Below are positions 1 through 11,650 of a stretch of DNA of 64,000 nucleotides, one piece after another. How positions within the stretch are numbered: position 1 is the stretch's first letter; every line of letters begins with the position of its first letter. The position numbers and the translations under genes are program-made. Source of the DNA: Octopus sinensis (taxonomy: Eukaryota); assembly GCF_006345805.1 (NCBI RefSeq), contig NC_043016.1, forward strand, positions 29,574,001-29,638,000. Direction: 5' to 3'. The notes below the pieces were generated by a model, which saw only the letters and a list, made by a program, of their open reading frames with translations, was not told where the DNA came from and made no database searches.

Positions 1-278
1 CCTCATTTAACGTCCGCTTTCCATGCTAGCATGGGTTGGACGGTTCAACTGGAGTCTGGGGAGCCCGAAGGCTGCACCAGGCCAGTCAGATCTGGCAGTG
101 TTTCTACAGCTGGATGCCCTTCCTAACGCCAACCACTCCGAGAGTGTAGTGGGTGATTTTATGTGCCACCGACACAGGTGCCAGACGAGGCTGGCGAACG
201 GCCACGCTCGGATGGTGTTTTTTTTTTATGTGCCACCGACACAGGTGCCAGACGAGGCTGGCAGACGGCCACGCTCGG

Positions 279-2537
279 ATGGTGTTTTATGTGCCACCGA
301 CACAAGTGCCAGATGAGGCTGGCGAACGGCCACGATCGGATGGTGTTTGTTACGTGCCCACAACACGGAGGCCAGTCGATGCGGTACTGGCTACGGCCAC
401 GTTCGGATGGTTTTCTTGTGTGCCACGGCACTGGTACCACAAAGATACAAATTCCATTGATGTTCATCTATTTTGATTGGTTTGATTTTCACTTGCCTCA
501 ACAGGTCTTCACAAGTGTCACATACTTGCCTCAACAGGTCTTCACAAGTGTCATAAGAAGGAAGGTATGCACAGGTAGACTGACTACGTCCCAGGTAGGG
601 GCCACGGGTTATGGCCTGACTAGTCCTTGCGGGTCTTTGGATGGTGTTTTTATGTGCCACCAACACAGGTGCCAGATGAGGCTGGCGAACGGCCACAATC
701 GGATGGTGTTTGTTACGTGCCCACAGCACGATGTGGTACTGGCTACCGCCACGTTCGGATGGTTTTCTTGTGTGCCACCGGCATTGGTACCACAAAGATA
801 CAAATTCCATTGATGTTCATCTATTTTGATTTGTTTTGATTGGATTTGATTATGATTATGATTATGATTATTATTATTATTATTATTATCACTTGCCTCA
901 ACAGTCTTCACAAGTGTCATTTGATTTGATTAGATAGCACTTGCCTCAACAGGTCTTCACAAGTGTCATTTGATTTGATTAGCACTTGCCTCAACAGGTC
1001 TTCACAAGTGTCATAAGAAGGAAGGTATGCACAGGTGGACTGACTATGTCCCAGGAAGGGGCCACGGGCTATGGCCTGACTAGTCTTGCCGGGTCTTCGG
1101 ACAGGTGCCAGATGAGGCTGGCGAACGGCCACGATCGGATGGCGTTTGTTATGTGCCCACAGCACGGAGGCCAGTCGATGCGGTACTGGCTACAGCCACG
1201 TTCGAATGGTTTTCTTGTGTGCCACCGGCACTGGTACCACAGAGATACAGATTCCATTGATGTTCATTTGTTTTGATTTTTTGATTTGTTGATTTGTTGA
1301 TTTTCACTTGCCTCAACAGGTCTTCACAAGTGTCACAAGAAGGAAGGTATGCACAGGTGGACTCCCAGGTAGGGGCCACCACGATCGGATGGTGTTTGTT
1401 ATGTGCCCACATCACAGAGGCCAGTCGATGCGGTACTGGCTACGGCCACGTTCGGATGGTTTTCTTGTGTGCCACCGGTACTGGTACCACAAAGATACAA
1501 ATTCCATTGATGTTCATCTATTTTGATTTGGTTTGATTTGATTTTCACTTGCCTCAACAGGTCTTCACAAGTGTCACACACTTGCCTCTGCCTCAACAGG
1601 TCTTCACAAGTGTCACACACTTGCCTCTGCCTCAACAGGTCTTCACAAGTGTCACAAACTTGCCTCAACAAGTGTCACACACTTGCCTCAACAGGTCTTC
1701 ACAAGTGTCATAAGAAGGAAGGTATGCACAGGTGGACTGACTACGTCGCCGGGTCTTCGGATGGTGTTTTTATGTGCCACCGACACAGGTGCCAGATGAG
1801 GCTGGCGAACGGCCACGATCAGATGGTGTTTGTTGTGCCCACAGCACGGAGGCCAGTCGATGCGGTACTGGCTACGGCCACGTTCGGATGGTTTTCTTGT
1901 GTGCCACCGGTACTGGAACCACAAAGATACAAATTCCATTGATGTCATCTATTTTGATTTGGTTTTTTTTTCACTTGCCTCAACAGGTCTTCACAAGTGT
2001 CACACGTGTCACACACTTGCCTCAACAGGTCTCCACAAGTGTCACACACTTGCCTCTGCCTCAACAGGTCTTCACAAGTGTCACACACTTGCCTCTGCCT
2101 CAACAGGTCTTCACAAGTGTCACACACTTGCCTCAACAGGTCTTCACAAGTGTCATAAGAGGGAAGGTATGCACAGGTGGACTGACTACGTCGCCGGGTC
2201 TTCAGATGGTGTTTTTATGTGCCACCGACACAGGTGCCAGATGAGGCTGGCGAACGGCCACGATCGGATGGTGTTTGTTGTGCCCACAGCACGGAGGCCA
2301 GTCGATGCGGTACTGGCTACGGCCACGTTCGGGTGGTTTTCTTGTGTGCCACCGGCACTGGTACCACAAAGAATACAATTCCATTGATGTTCATCTATTT
2401 TGATTTGTTTTGATTTGATTTTCACTTGCCTCAACAGGTCTTCATAAGTGTCACAAGAAGGAAGGTATGCACAGGTGGACTGACTACGTCCCAGGTAGGG
2501 GCCACGGGTTATGGCCTGACTAGTCTTGCTGGGTCTT
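279..2537 (-). repeat. Tandem array of six ~280-460 bp copies of the RTE ORF-end/3' UTR segment
   Basis: Recurrent junctions (GGGTCTT or GGCCAC joined to GGATGGTGTTT or nearby sequence) near 638, 1100, 1380, 1757 and 2202; about 17 copies of the sub-repeat CACTTGCCTCAACAGGTCTTCACAAGTGTCA. Confidence 0.9.
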
Positions 2538-5500
2538 CTCACGCACAGCATACTTCCATAGGTCTCGGTCTCTAGACATTTCCTTAGTGAGACCTAAAGT
2601 TCGAAGGTCGTGCTTCACCACCTTGTCCCAGGTTTTCCTGGGTCTACCTCTTCCACAGGTTCCCTCAACTGCTAGGGTGTAGCACTTTTGCACACAACTA
2701 TCTTCAGCCTTTCTCGTCACATGACCATACCAGCGCAGCTGTCTCTCTTGCACACCACAACTGACGCTTCTTAGGATCAACTTTTCTCTCAAGGAACTTA
2801 CACTCTGACGATTATGAACACTGACATTACACATCCATCGGAGCATACTGGCTTCATTTCTTGTGAGCTTACGCATATCCTCAGCAGTCACGGCCCATGT
2901 TTCACTACCATGTAGCATGGCTGTACGTACACATGCATCATACAGTCTGCCTTTTACTCTGAGCGAGAGGCCTTTTGTCACCAGCAGGGGTAAGAGCTCT
3001 CTAAACTTTGCCCAGGCTATTCTTACTCTAGCAGTTACACTTTCAGCACACCCACCCCCGCTACTGACTTGGTCTCCTAGGTAGCGGAAGCTATCAACTA
3101 CTTCTAGTTTGTCTCCCTGGAACGTGGCAGAAGTTGGTCTCTGCACATTTCCAGTGTTTATTGCTCCTGAGCATTTGCCACAGACAAAAACTATTTTCCT
3201 AGTTAGCCTTCCTTTGACATTGCTGCACCTCTTATGTGTCCATAGCTTACACTTGGTGCATCTTATAGAGTTTCTACCTACACCTTTTTTACAGATCGAG
3301 CAGGGCCATCTACCTGAAGGCGTTTGTGATTGATCTACCTTCCTACTTATTAGGACTTTGGTTTTGGCTAGGTTGATTCTAAGCCCTTCGATTCTAATCC
3401 TTGTTTCCACACCTGAAACTTCTCCTCCAGTTCTGATAGTGACTCAGCAATTAGAGCAAGGTCATCAGCATAGAGGAGCTCCCAGGGGCACCTGTCTTGA
3501 ATTCCTCCGTTATTGCCTGGAGGACTATGATAAATAGGAGGGGACTGAGGACTGAACCTTGGTGGACCCCAACCTCTACCCGGAATTCTTCACTGTACTC
3601 GTTGCTAACCCTCACCTTACTAGCAGCGTCTCTGTACATGGCTTGCACAGCTCTCACCAACCATTCATCTATCCCTAGTTTCCTCATTGACCACAGATAA
3701 GGGATCGGGGGACCCTGTCAAAGGCTTTCTCCAAGTCAACAAAAGCCAGGTACAAGGGCTTATCTTTGGCTAGGTATTTCTCCTGCAGCTGTCTTACCAG
3801 GAATATAGCATCAGTAGTACTTTTCCCTGGCACGAACCCAAACTGCATATCATCTAAGCTAAACTCTCTCTCTAATTAGTTGGGCTATGACCCTCTCCGT
3901 AACCTTCATTACCTGATCCAGCAGCTTGATGCCCCTGTAGTTATTGTCTCTAGGGCGTCGCCTTTACCTTTGTAGCAGTTGACTATTATGCTGCTACACC
4001 AGTCATTGGGTATGCCCTCGTGTATCACCTGGTTAACTATACGGGTGACTAAGCTATAGCCGACACCACCAGATATTTTGAGCATCTCTGCAGTAATTCC
4101 TGATGGGCCTGGGGCTTTCCCTGTTTTCATGCTTCTAATTGCCTTATCTACTAAGGAACTGTTAACTCGGATTGCTGGTCCCTCTGTTGGGTCGACATTC
4201 GGCAGCAGACTCTCTTTATCCATTCATTTTCTTCATTCAGCAACCTATCATAGTGGCGTCTCCAAGCCTCTCTCTTTGCATCCTCATTAAGCGCAAGTGA
4301 ACCGTCATCCTTGCGAACACATTTCTCTCCTACCACGTCACGATTCTCTCTCACACACTGTCTTGCAACACGAAATACCTCAAGTCTTTCATCCTCACGA
4401 CGCAGGACATTGGCAAATTTTTCCTTATCTGCCTCCCCTCTGGCTAGATAGACCTGTCTCCTGGCTTCCCTTCTGGCAGACTGATACACTTCCCTGCTAC
4501 CACCGTTCTTCCAGGCCTTCCAAGCCTGTTTCTTTTGTCTAATAGCCCTGTCAACAATATTGTTCCACCACCACGTTATTTTGGGTCTTAAGGGGACTTT
4601 GCACCAGCCACAGATCTGGTCAGCGGCTTTCAGCAGGTTGTCCCTCAGAAGCGTCCAGTTGTCTTCTACCCCATGCGTAGCTATACTCCCTTCCATTTCG
4701 TCTAAGGCTTCAATAACATATCTCTAAATCTCTGTCCATTCGCAGGGTCTTTAAGCTTCCAGACCCTTTTTCCATGTTGGTCGTCTTCTAGTCGCCCTCT
4801 TAGTCCTGATCCTAAGTCACTAACTACCAGTCTATGTTGTGGGGGCATTCTTCACCTGGGAAGGTTTTGGCATTTATAAGCAGCCATCTTTCCCTTTTTC
4901 TGGCAAGGATGTAGTCGATTTGGCTAGTATGCCGGCCCGATCGGTAGGTGACCAGGTGGCTTGTCGGTTCCTGAAGTTAGTGTTGCAAATCATAAGACTA
5001 TTCACATCACAGAACTCCAGCAGCCTGGTTCCCTCCTCGTTGCGGGAACCATAACCGTAGCCTCCATGCACGCCATGGAAGCCCCCAGCACATCGTCCAA
5101 CATGCCCATTGAAGTCACCAGCCACAAAGAGAAGGTCCCTGTCGTTCGTCAATGATGGTCTGCAGTAGGGTGTCATAGAAACAGTCTTTCTGTCCATCAG
5201 GTAGCCCTGGCTGAGAGGCATAGGCCGATATAATAGTTGCTAAACTATGATGGAGCACTAATCTAATCTTAATTATTCTGTCACTTACTCTGACTACCTC
5301 GATTACCTTATCTACCCATTTTTCGGCGATAAGCATGCACCACCCCCGACTCCGTCAGTATTCCCAGCCCAGAAAATCTTGTACCTCTGTCCTTTGCCTT
5401 GTGAGAACCTAGCAGAACCTCCTCTCCACCTCACTTTGAATGCAGCATATATCAACCCACCTCCGTTCAAGCAATATCAACTATCTCGCCAGATCTGCCT

Positions 5501-5560
5501 TCAGTGTGTGCCAACGTTGAGGGTGCCAACCCTGAGGCTGTGGGGGGGGTGGAAGTGGTA
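2520..5560 (-). pseudogene. Disrupted RTE endonuclease-reverse transcriptase ORF
   Basis: Split over ORF-track pieces 5115-5336, 4874-5221, 4151-4696, 3909-4223, 3451-3687 and 2520-3410 in different frames, which implies several frameshifts. Stop TAG at 2520-2522. Confidence 0.88.
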
Positions 5561-5570
5561 TTGGCCCTAA

Positions 5571-5678
5571 ATAATATATATATATATTATATATATATAT
5601 ATATAATATATATAACATATAATATATATATATATATATATACATACATATATACATACATACATATATATCTCTCTC
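5571..5678. repeat. (TA)n/(TACA)n microsatellite
   Basis: Directly visible. Confidence 0.95.
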
Positions 5679-6070
5679 TCTATATATAAAACTGAGAATG
5701 TTTGTGTGTGTGTGTGTGCGCGTGTGTGTGTGTGTGCGCGTGTGTGTGTGTGTGTGCGCGTGTGTGTGTGTGTGTGTGCGCGTGTGTGTGTGTGTGTGCG
5801 CGTGTGTGTGTGTGTGTGCGCGTGTGTGTGTGTGCGCGTGTGTGTGTGTTTGTCTGTGTGTCTGTATGTGCACATCACTAAAACTCAAGAACTACCCAAC
5901 CGATTTCATTCAAATTTTATGTATGCCTTCCTTATGGTCCATGCAGTGGCATGCCCTAAAAACTTCTTGCCTAATGCGAGCCCGGAGCAATCTCTTATCT
6001 CTTATACTCTTTCAGGATTACATGCCAAAAGTGAAACCATGACATCTCTCGATTGTAATGTGAGATACTT
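5679..6070 (+). mobile_element. 5' part of a non-autonomous Helitron-like element with internal (GT)n/(GC) microsatellite
   Basis: Starts TCTATATATAAAACT like the complete element at 8486. A (GT)n block is followed by AACCGATTTCATTCAAATTTT, a core typical of microsatellite-bearing Helitron/HINE elements. No CTAG 3' end found. Confidence 0.5.
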
Positions 6071-6235
6071 TCAGTTTAATTGTTTCACTACTAATACTGA
6101 ATTTATTCAAGTGAAACTATTATCTCACATATATATATATCACATGTATACATGTATACATGGATATATATATATAATATATATGGTGGTGCCCCAGCAT
6201 GGCCACAGCTCGTGAGCTGAAACTAGATAAAATGA

Positions 6236-6266
<31 letters not shown>

Positions 6267-6271
6267 TATAT

Positions 6272-6680
6272 CATCATCATCATCATCATCATTCATTTAG
6301 CGTCCGCTTTCTATGCTAGCATGGGTTGGACGGTTCAACTGGTGTCTGGCAAGCCCGAAGGCTGCACCAGGCCAGTCAGATCTGGCAGTGTTTCTACAGC
6401 TGGATGCCCTTCCTAACGCCAACCACTCCGAGAGTGTAGTGGGTGATTTTATGTGCCACCGACACAGGTGCCAGACAAGGCTGGCAGACGGCCACGCTCG
6501 GATGGTGTTTTCTTATGTGCCACCGACACAGGTGCCAGTTGAGGCTGGCGAACGGCCACGCTCGGATGGTGTTTGTTACGTGCCAACAACACGGAGGCCA
6601 GTTGATGCGGTCCTGGGGGGTTACTGGCTACGGTCACGTTCGGATGGTTTTCTTATGTGCTACCGGCACTGGTACCACAT
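6272..6680 (-). mobile_element. 5'-truncated RTE 3' end with (GAT)n tail
   Basis: Nearly identical to 1-450; (TCA)n at 6272-6292 is the tail on the minus strand. Confidence 0.92.
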
Positions 6681-6788
6681 ATAAAATATATATATGTATA
6701 TATATATCTTATATATATATATACATGCATACATATATATATATATGTGTGTGGTATATATATATATATATGTATATATATGTGTGTG

Positions 6789-6836
<48 letters not shown>

Positions 6837-6889
6837 GTATGTATGTATGTATGTATATAGTATGTATGTATGTATGTATGTATATAAGG

Positions 6890-7260
6890 GTAGGAGGAAC
6901 TCTTGAGAGTCAACGGCCATCCAATAAATGTCTAAAGGCTGTATCATGCAAGGGGACATAGAAATAATCGGACTGAATACCTGATTGCGCGGGTTAAACC
7001 ATTGGGAGTGAAGGACTCCTAGCCTTTGTTAGGGCATCCTTCTAGGAGAAGGTAACTCAGGTTACTGGGATAATTCCGACATAAAACCTGCGGCTCAGTG
7101 GTTACCGATGATGTTGACTTGTTCTTCTTTTCGTATTATGGCTGCTGTTGCTTAGTGAGTGGGATTGACTCAGTGCACAACCTTTCCTCACTTTAAAAAA
7201 ATCTTGCACAGGCATTGCATGATAACAACATTGATTAAGCTTCATGCAATGGCCATACTC
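6890..7260 (+). mobile_element. Possible LINE (RTE-type) 5' UTR fragment
   Basis: Contains GGGCATCCTTCTAGGAGAAGGTAACTC, resembling the CTAGGAGAAGG.AAACTC motif recalled from RTE/BovB 5' regions; single copy here, unverified. Confidence 0.3.
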
Positions 7261-7284
7261 GATAACGAGGGGCAGCCACCCATG

Positions 7285-7315
<31 letters not shown>

Positions 7316-7389
7316 ATACGTGTTGCATGTTTTGGATCCTTAACATATGTTCCGTCTTGAGCCATGCCAGGCTCATGAGTTCTGGTTTC

Positions 7390-7489
7390 NNNNNNNNNNN
7401 NNNNNNNNNNNNNNNNNNNNNNNNNNNNNNNNNNNNNNNNNNNNNNNNNNNNNNNNNNNNNNNNNNNNNNNNNNNNNNNNNNNNNNNNN
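7390..7489. other. Assembly gap (100 N)
   Basis: Run of exactly 100 N, the usual placeholder for a gap of unknown size. Confidence 1.
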
Positions 7490-8485
7490 AATATTATGAA
7501 TTAAATGGCTCTTTATTTTATCATTACAACGTAGAAGACAACTTCTTGTTGCAGTTGTACACAGGTTATTTGCTATTCTGTTATCTATTCTGTTGCAAGA
7601 AGACTGGAGGAGAAATGAAGGAAAGAGAGAGAGGGTGGAAGAGAGGGAAAGAGAGGGAGAGAGAGAGATTGGGTGGAAGAGAGACGAGTAGAGAGGGTAA
7701 GAGTTGTGTAGTCCCTTGTATAAGGTGCTTACTCCGTCGGTGCAGAAAGAAAGGAACAAACAGAATTTGGTTACCCTATTTATATATGTTGGAAAGCTGG
7801 ATGTAGGCCAGAGAACAAGGGAAAGTAATTGGTTTATCTCTGCCGATCTGTATTTAGCCCAAGGATGTTAACTAGACCTTAAGTGTGACAGTTGACTCTC
7901 ATAGTTTTCTAAGTGCGTAAGTTGAAATCAATGGGAAACACGCCATGACCCAATGGAATCTACTTGGAAAAATCATAGGTAAATTCCAATTGAAGAAATT
8001 CTATGTTGTAGAATTGTATTAAAAAGAAACATAGGAACAGGCAGAGAAAATCTGCCTTTTATCATAAGAGATAAAACTTACTCGGAAAAGGATGCGTGGA
8101 CTTTCGATCATATAATAATATAAATAATATATAAATATATGCATATGTACATACCTACATATATATGTATATATACATGCATATATGGGTAGAGGACATA
8201 AAAAAAAAACCTGAACAGAATGAGAAACGAGAACATAAAAAATAAAAACATAGAAAACGAACTTTTTTTTTCGAGTAACGAAAAAACAAACAGAGAAACG
8301 AGACATGCAACATAAAGAACATTCCCTTCATCAGTTGTCCCCTGTTTTATCTACTCCGCATTCCGAAAGTTAGGGCAAGACGCGACTTCGTTAAAACTCA
8401 CACACATGTAGTATGTATGTATGTATGTATGTATGCATGTAATATAAAAATATATAATCATAATGAAGGATACTTGGATTATATA

Positions 8486-8990
8486 TCTATATATATAAAA
8501 CTCTAGTTGTGTGTGTCTGTCCCCTTCGATTTAGATTCCTAACTCCTCCCACATTTTGCGGTGCAGTTTAACCAAATTCGGGTATCTTATAGTTCGTGAT
8601 TCATATCGAGCCCGTCTGAGTATTAGCGCGCGTCTACGATGAGTCTACGATTTTAAAATAATTTAACATCATTTTTTATTCCATTTTAATGCATAATTTT
8701 TCGTGTGTCGATGGCGGCGGAGTTGGCGTCCACGCTCACAGCTGCACCTGTTTGCTCTCCCCTTCCCTCCCTCGTGAAGCTGTGGGGAAGGAAGTGTAAG
8801 GAAATCAACGTCGTAATGCGTTGTCAAGGAGACCAGCGTTCTTTTAGAACAACGACTCATGGCTTGAAGACACCAAAACAGAAATGGCTAAGAAAGCCCG
8901 AATTGGCATCTATAAGGGAAGTAACTCTCTAAAAATGCTTATATAGTTATTTCCCTTACAAACCCGAGCAACGCCGGGCGATACTGCTAG
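8486..8990 (+). mobile_element. Complete non-autonomous Helitron (~505 bp)
   Basis: 5' TC terminus (TCTATATATATAAAA), GC hairpin CCCGAGC-AAC-GCCGGG at 8963-8978, 3' CTAG at 8987-8990; inserted between A (8485) and T (8991) with no TSD. Confidence 0.82.
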
Positions 8991-9099
8991 TTTTTATATA
9001 TAATTATAAATCTATATCAATTTTTACCTCTATGATTTTTAATTGCTTGCTGGTCTCCGATATTATTTTTGTTTCCGTTTTCGTCAACCAAATCTGCGC

Positions 9100-9215
9100 T
9101 AAGACTTTAGTCGGCTCGAGGCTATACCAGAAAACAATCGCCCAAGGTGCCACGCAGCGGAACTGAACCCGGAAGCATGTGGCCGGAAAGCAAACTTCTT
9201 CCCGCACAGCCACAC
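9100..9215 (-). mobile_element. SINE-A head fragment
   Basis: Reverse complement of the tRNA-like head and CORE-type hairpin seen in full copies (e.g. 43447-43851). Confidence 0.7.
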
Positions 9216-9350
9216 TTATGTTGATTTTGAATTTACTATTCATACCTCCAGTACGGTGATAGTGAACCTGTTTAGCCTGGTGCATTGAAATTTTAATTTC
9301 TTTAATAACAGTGTTAGCGAAGAGTTACTTACAGATATAAATGTATTTAG

Positions 9351-9582
9351 GGCGGCGAGCTGGCAGAAACGTTAGCACGCCAGGAGAAATGCGAAGCGGT
9401 AGTTCGTCCGTCGTTACGTTCTGAGTTCAAATTCCGCCGAAGTCGACTTTACCTTTCATCCTTTCGCGGTCGATAAATTAAGTACCAGTTACGCACTGGG
9501 GTCGATATAATCGACTTAATCCGCCTGTCTGTCCTTGTTTGTCTCCTCTGTGTTTAGCCACTTGTGGGTAGTAAAGAAATAG
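9351..9582 (+). mobile_element. Full-length tRNA-derived SINE (family B)
   Basis: A-box-like GGCGAGCTGGCAGAA, B-box GAGTTCAAATTCC, central (G/A)CCTTTCATCCTTTCG..GTCGATAAATTAAGTACCAG motif; more than 15 related copies in the window. Confidence 0.88.
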
Positions 9583-10199
9583 ATATACACGTATTTTAGA
9601 TTTAAGTAAATGGTTATAGATAAAGAATTTTTATCAGATATTTATTACAGGGAGATTTTATTTTTCAAAATCAATAGCATAATCTCTAAGAATATAAAGG
9701 GGATAAACACCATCACCACCATTAACAAAATAATTTGTGAATTGAAATGATGAATTATCATGTGAACAGTACTACTAAATAAATGGTGGTTTGATAAAGG
9801 TGAACTTTATAAATCTGCAGTTGTGTTTGTCTTCTCTCGTTCTTTTTTGATGATGGGTACTATAATTAAGTTCCTGCTTGCCAGTTGATGATCATCCGAG
9901 ATTTACTTTCTATATTTAGACCAGTTTGTGTTGTGATGTTTTTTAAATGTTAATTATACTAAACTTCTAACGAACACTAATTACGTTCTGATGATGACTC
10001 TTATTTTAAACTATTTTCAGATTTTGGAAATTTTGTTTCATTTTGTTGCAGCTTGCTTCTTTATTTCCTTCTTTGTTTGCTAACTAAAACAGCATGTTTA
10101 AATGTGTTTAAAAAATTTCACCCGCTGCACGAATTAACTTTATGGAGAAGCAAAGATGTTATAATATTTCATATATAATATTTAATATGATAGCGAGTT

Positions 10200-10920
10200 A
10201 GCACAATCGTTAGCACACAGGACAAAATGCTTAGCACTTTTTCGTCCGTCTTTACTTTTGAGTTCAAATTCCGCAAAGTTCGACTTCGCCTTTCATCCTT
10301 TCGGTGTTCATAAAATAAATACCAGTTGAGCACCTTGATTGAGGTAATCAACAAATTCGCTCCCTCAAAATTTGGGGTTGATGTAGTCGGCTTACTCTCT
10401 CCCTTAAAATTGCTGGTTTTGTGTCAAAAATTGAAACTAATACATAAAAAAAAAACAGTGAGTTGGCTCAATCTAAGTAGGACTTATAAAATGCTTGGTG
10501 GCATTTTGTTCATCTCTACGTTCTGAGTTCAAATTCTGTCAAAGTCTACTTAGCCTTTCATCTTTTCGGAGTTGAAAAAATAAGTACCAGTTGAAGTTCG
10601 TTAGCATATTGGACAAAATACTTAGCAGCTTTCATCTATTTGTAGCGTACACTTAGTGAAATTCTCTCTCTCTCTCTCTCTCTCTCTCTGACATAAATAA
10701 CATAAATACGGACGTAACAGATAACAGCTAACCTTCGGCCGCTTGGACCCTGTTGTGTCCACTACTCTGATTGGTTGGTATTGGGGCGTGATACAGCAAG
10801 AGACAAATTGCGCCAATACCAACCAATCAGAGTAGTGGACACAACAGGGTTCAAATCGCCGAATGTTAGCTGTTATCTGCTACGTCCGTATTATGTTATA
10901 TATGTCAAAGAAGAAGAAGA

Positions 10921-10951
<31 letters not shown>

Positions 10952-11024
10952 GGAGTGGAGAGATAGAGAGAGAGAGAGAGAGAGGGGAGAGGGAGAGAGA
11001 GAGAGAGTGAGAGAGAGAGAGTGA

Positions 11025-11058
<34 letters not shown>

Positions 11059-11650
11059 TTTCACTAAGCGTTGCTACATGTCTTTACATTCTGAGTACAA
11101 ATTCCGTCAAAGTCCACTTTGCCTAGCATCCATTTGGAGGTCGATGAAAGAAGCACCAGCTGAGCACCAAGGTCAACGTAATCGACTTACACTTCCATGA
11201 AATTGCTGGCCTTGTGCCAAAATTTGAAATCAATAGGCGAACTAGCAGAATCGTTAGCAAGTCGAACAAAATACTCGGTGGCATTTTTTCTGGCTCTTTA
11301 CGTTCTGATTCAAAATAAAACGTGTTTAACTTTGCATTTCATCTTTTCGGAGTCGAAAAAATTAAGTATGTCAGGTATTGGGGTTGAAGTATTCGATTAA
11401 TCTCCTTCCCTCGAAATTATCTGGCCTTCTATCAAAATTTTAAACAATTATTAAGGTGGCGAGCTGGCAGAACCATTATTGTATCGGATAATGTTCTTGG
11501 CAGTCTTTCTCCTGGCACTTTACGTTTTGTATTCAGATACTGCCGAGATCAACTTTACCTTTTATCATTCAGGTTTAAAAAAATAATAATAAACAGTGCA
11601 GGATCGTGGTCTATGTAATTGACCAACCGTCTTCCACTAAAATTCTTGGG
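10200..11650 (+). mobile_element. Head-to-tail cluster of about 5-6 degraded SINE-B copies
   Basis: Repeated TTAGCA...GAGTTCAAATT...CCTTTCATCCTTT...AGTACCAG units at about 10208, 10460, 10600/11080, 11235 and 11455. Confidence 0.75.
10641..11078. mobile_element. Foldback/MITE-like palindromic element
   Basis: Outer IR GTAGC..ACTTAGTGAAAT / ATTTCACTAAGCGTTGCTAC, then (TC)n versus (GA)n, then ~97-bp inverted arms (10689-10788 / 10811-10907) with a perfect 37-bp inner stem. It interrupts a SINE-B copy. Confidence 0.87.

Larger units (their letters stand above)
1..5566 (-). mobile_element. RTE-clade LINE, near-complete coding region plus an expanded ~2.5-kb 3' UTR; 5'-truncated at the start of the endonuclease
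   Basis: Minus-strand translation gives APE endonuclease motifs (LRVGTLNVGTL, VAGDFNGHVG, RNEEGTRLLEFC), RT motifs (KAPGPSGI, GVHQGSVLSPLLF, LYDACVRTAMLHGSETW) and RTE C-terminus (RGRPRKTW). The 3' terminus (AACCGTCCAACCCATGCTAGCATGGAAAGCGGACGTTAAA on minus) lies at 1-45 and matches copies at 6272, 21704, 48960 and 56850. Confidence 0.93.

Noticed and set aside
491-2450. CRISPR-like look of ~31-nt palindromic direct repeats
   Set aside because: No unique spacers of constant length, no cas genes, eukaryotic context; the repeats are part of a LINE UTR.
23-2551. Many overlapping 60-216 aa ORFs
   Set aside because: They fall in the repeated RTE 3' UTR and are redundant translations of the same modules.
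8300-8345. Minus-strand CTGATGAAG as another hammerhead
   Set aside because: No GAAA core downstream on the same strand and no stem I/III.
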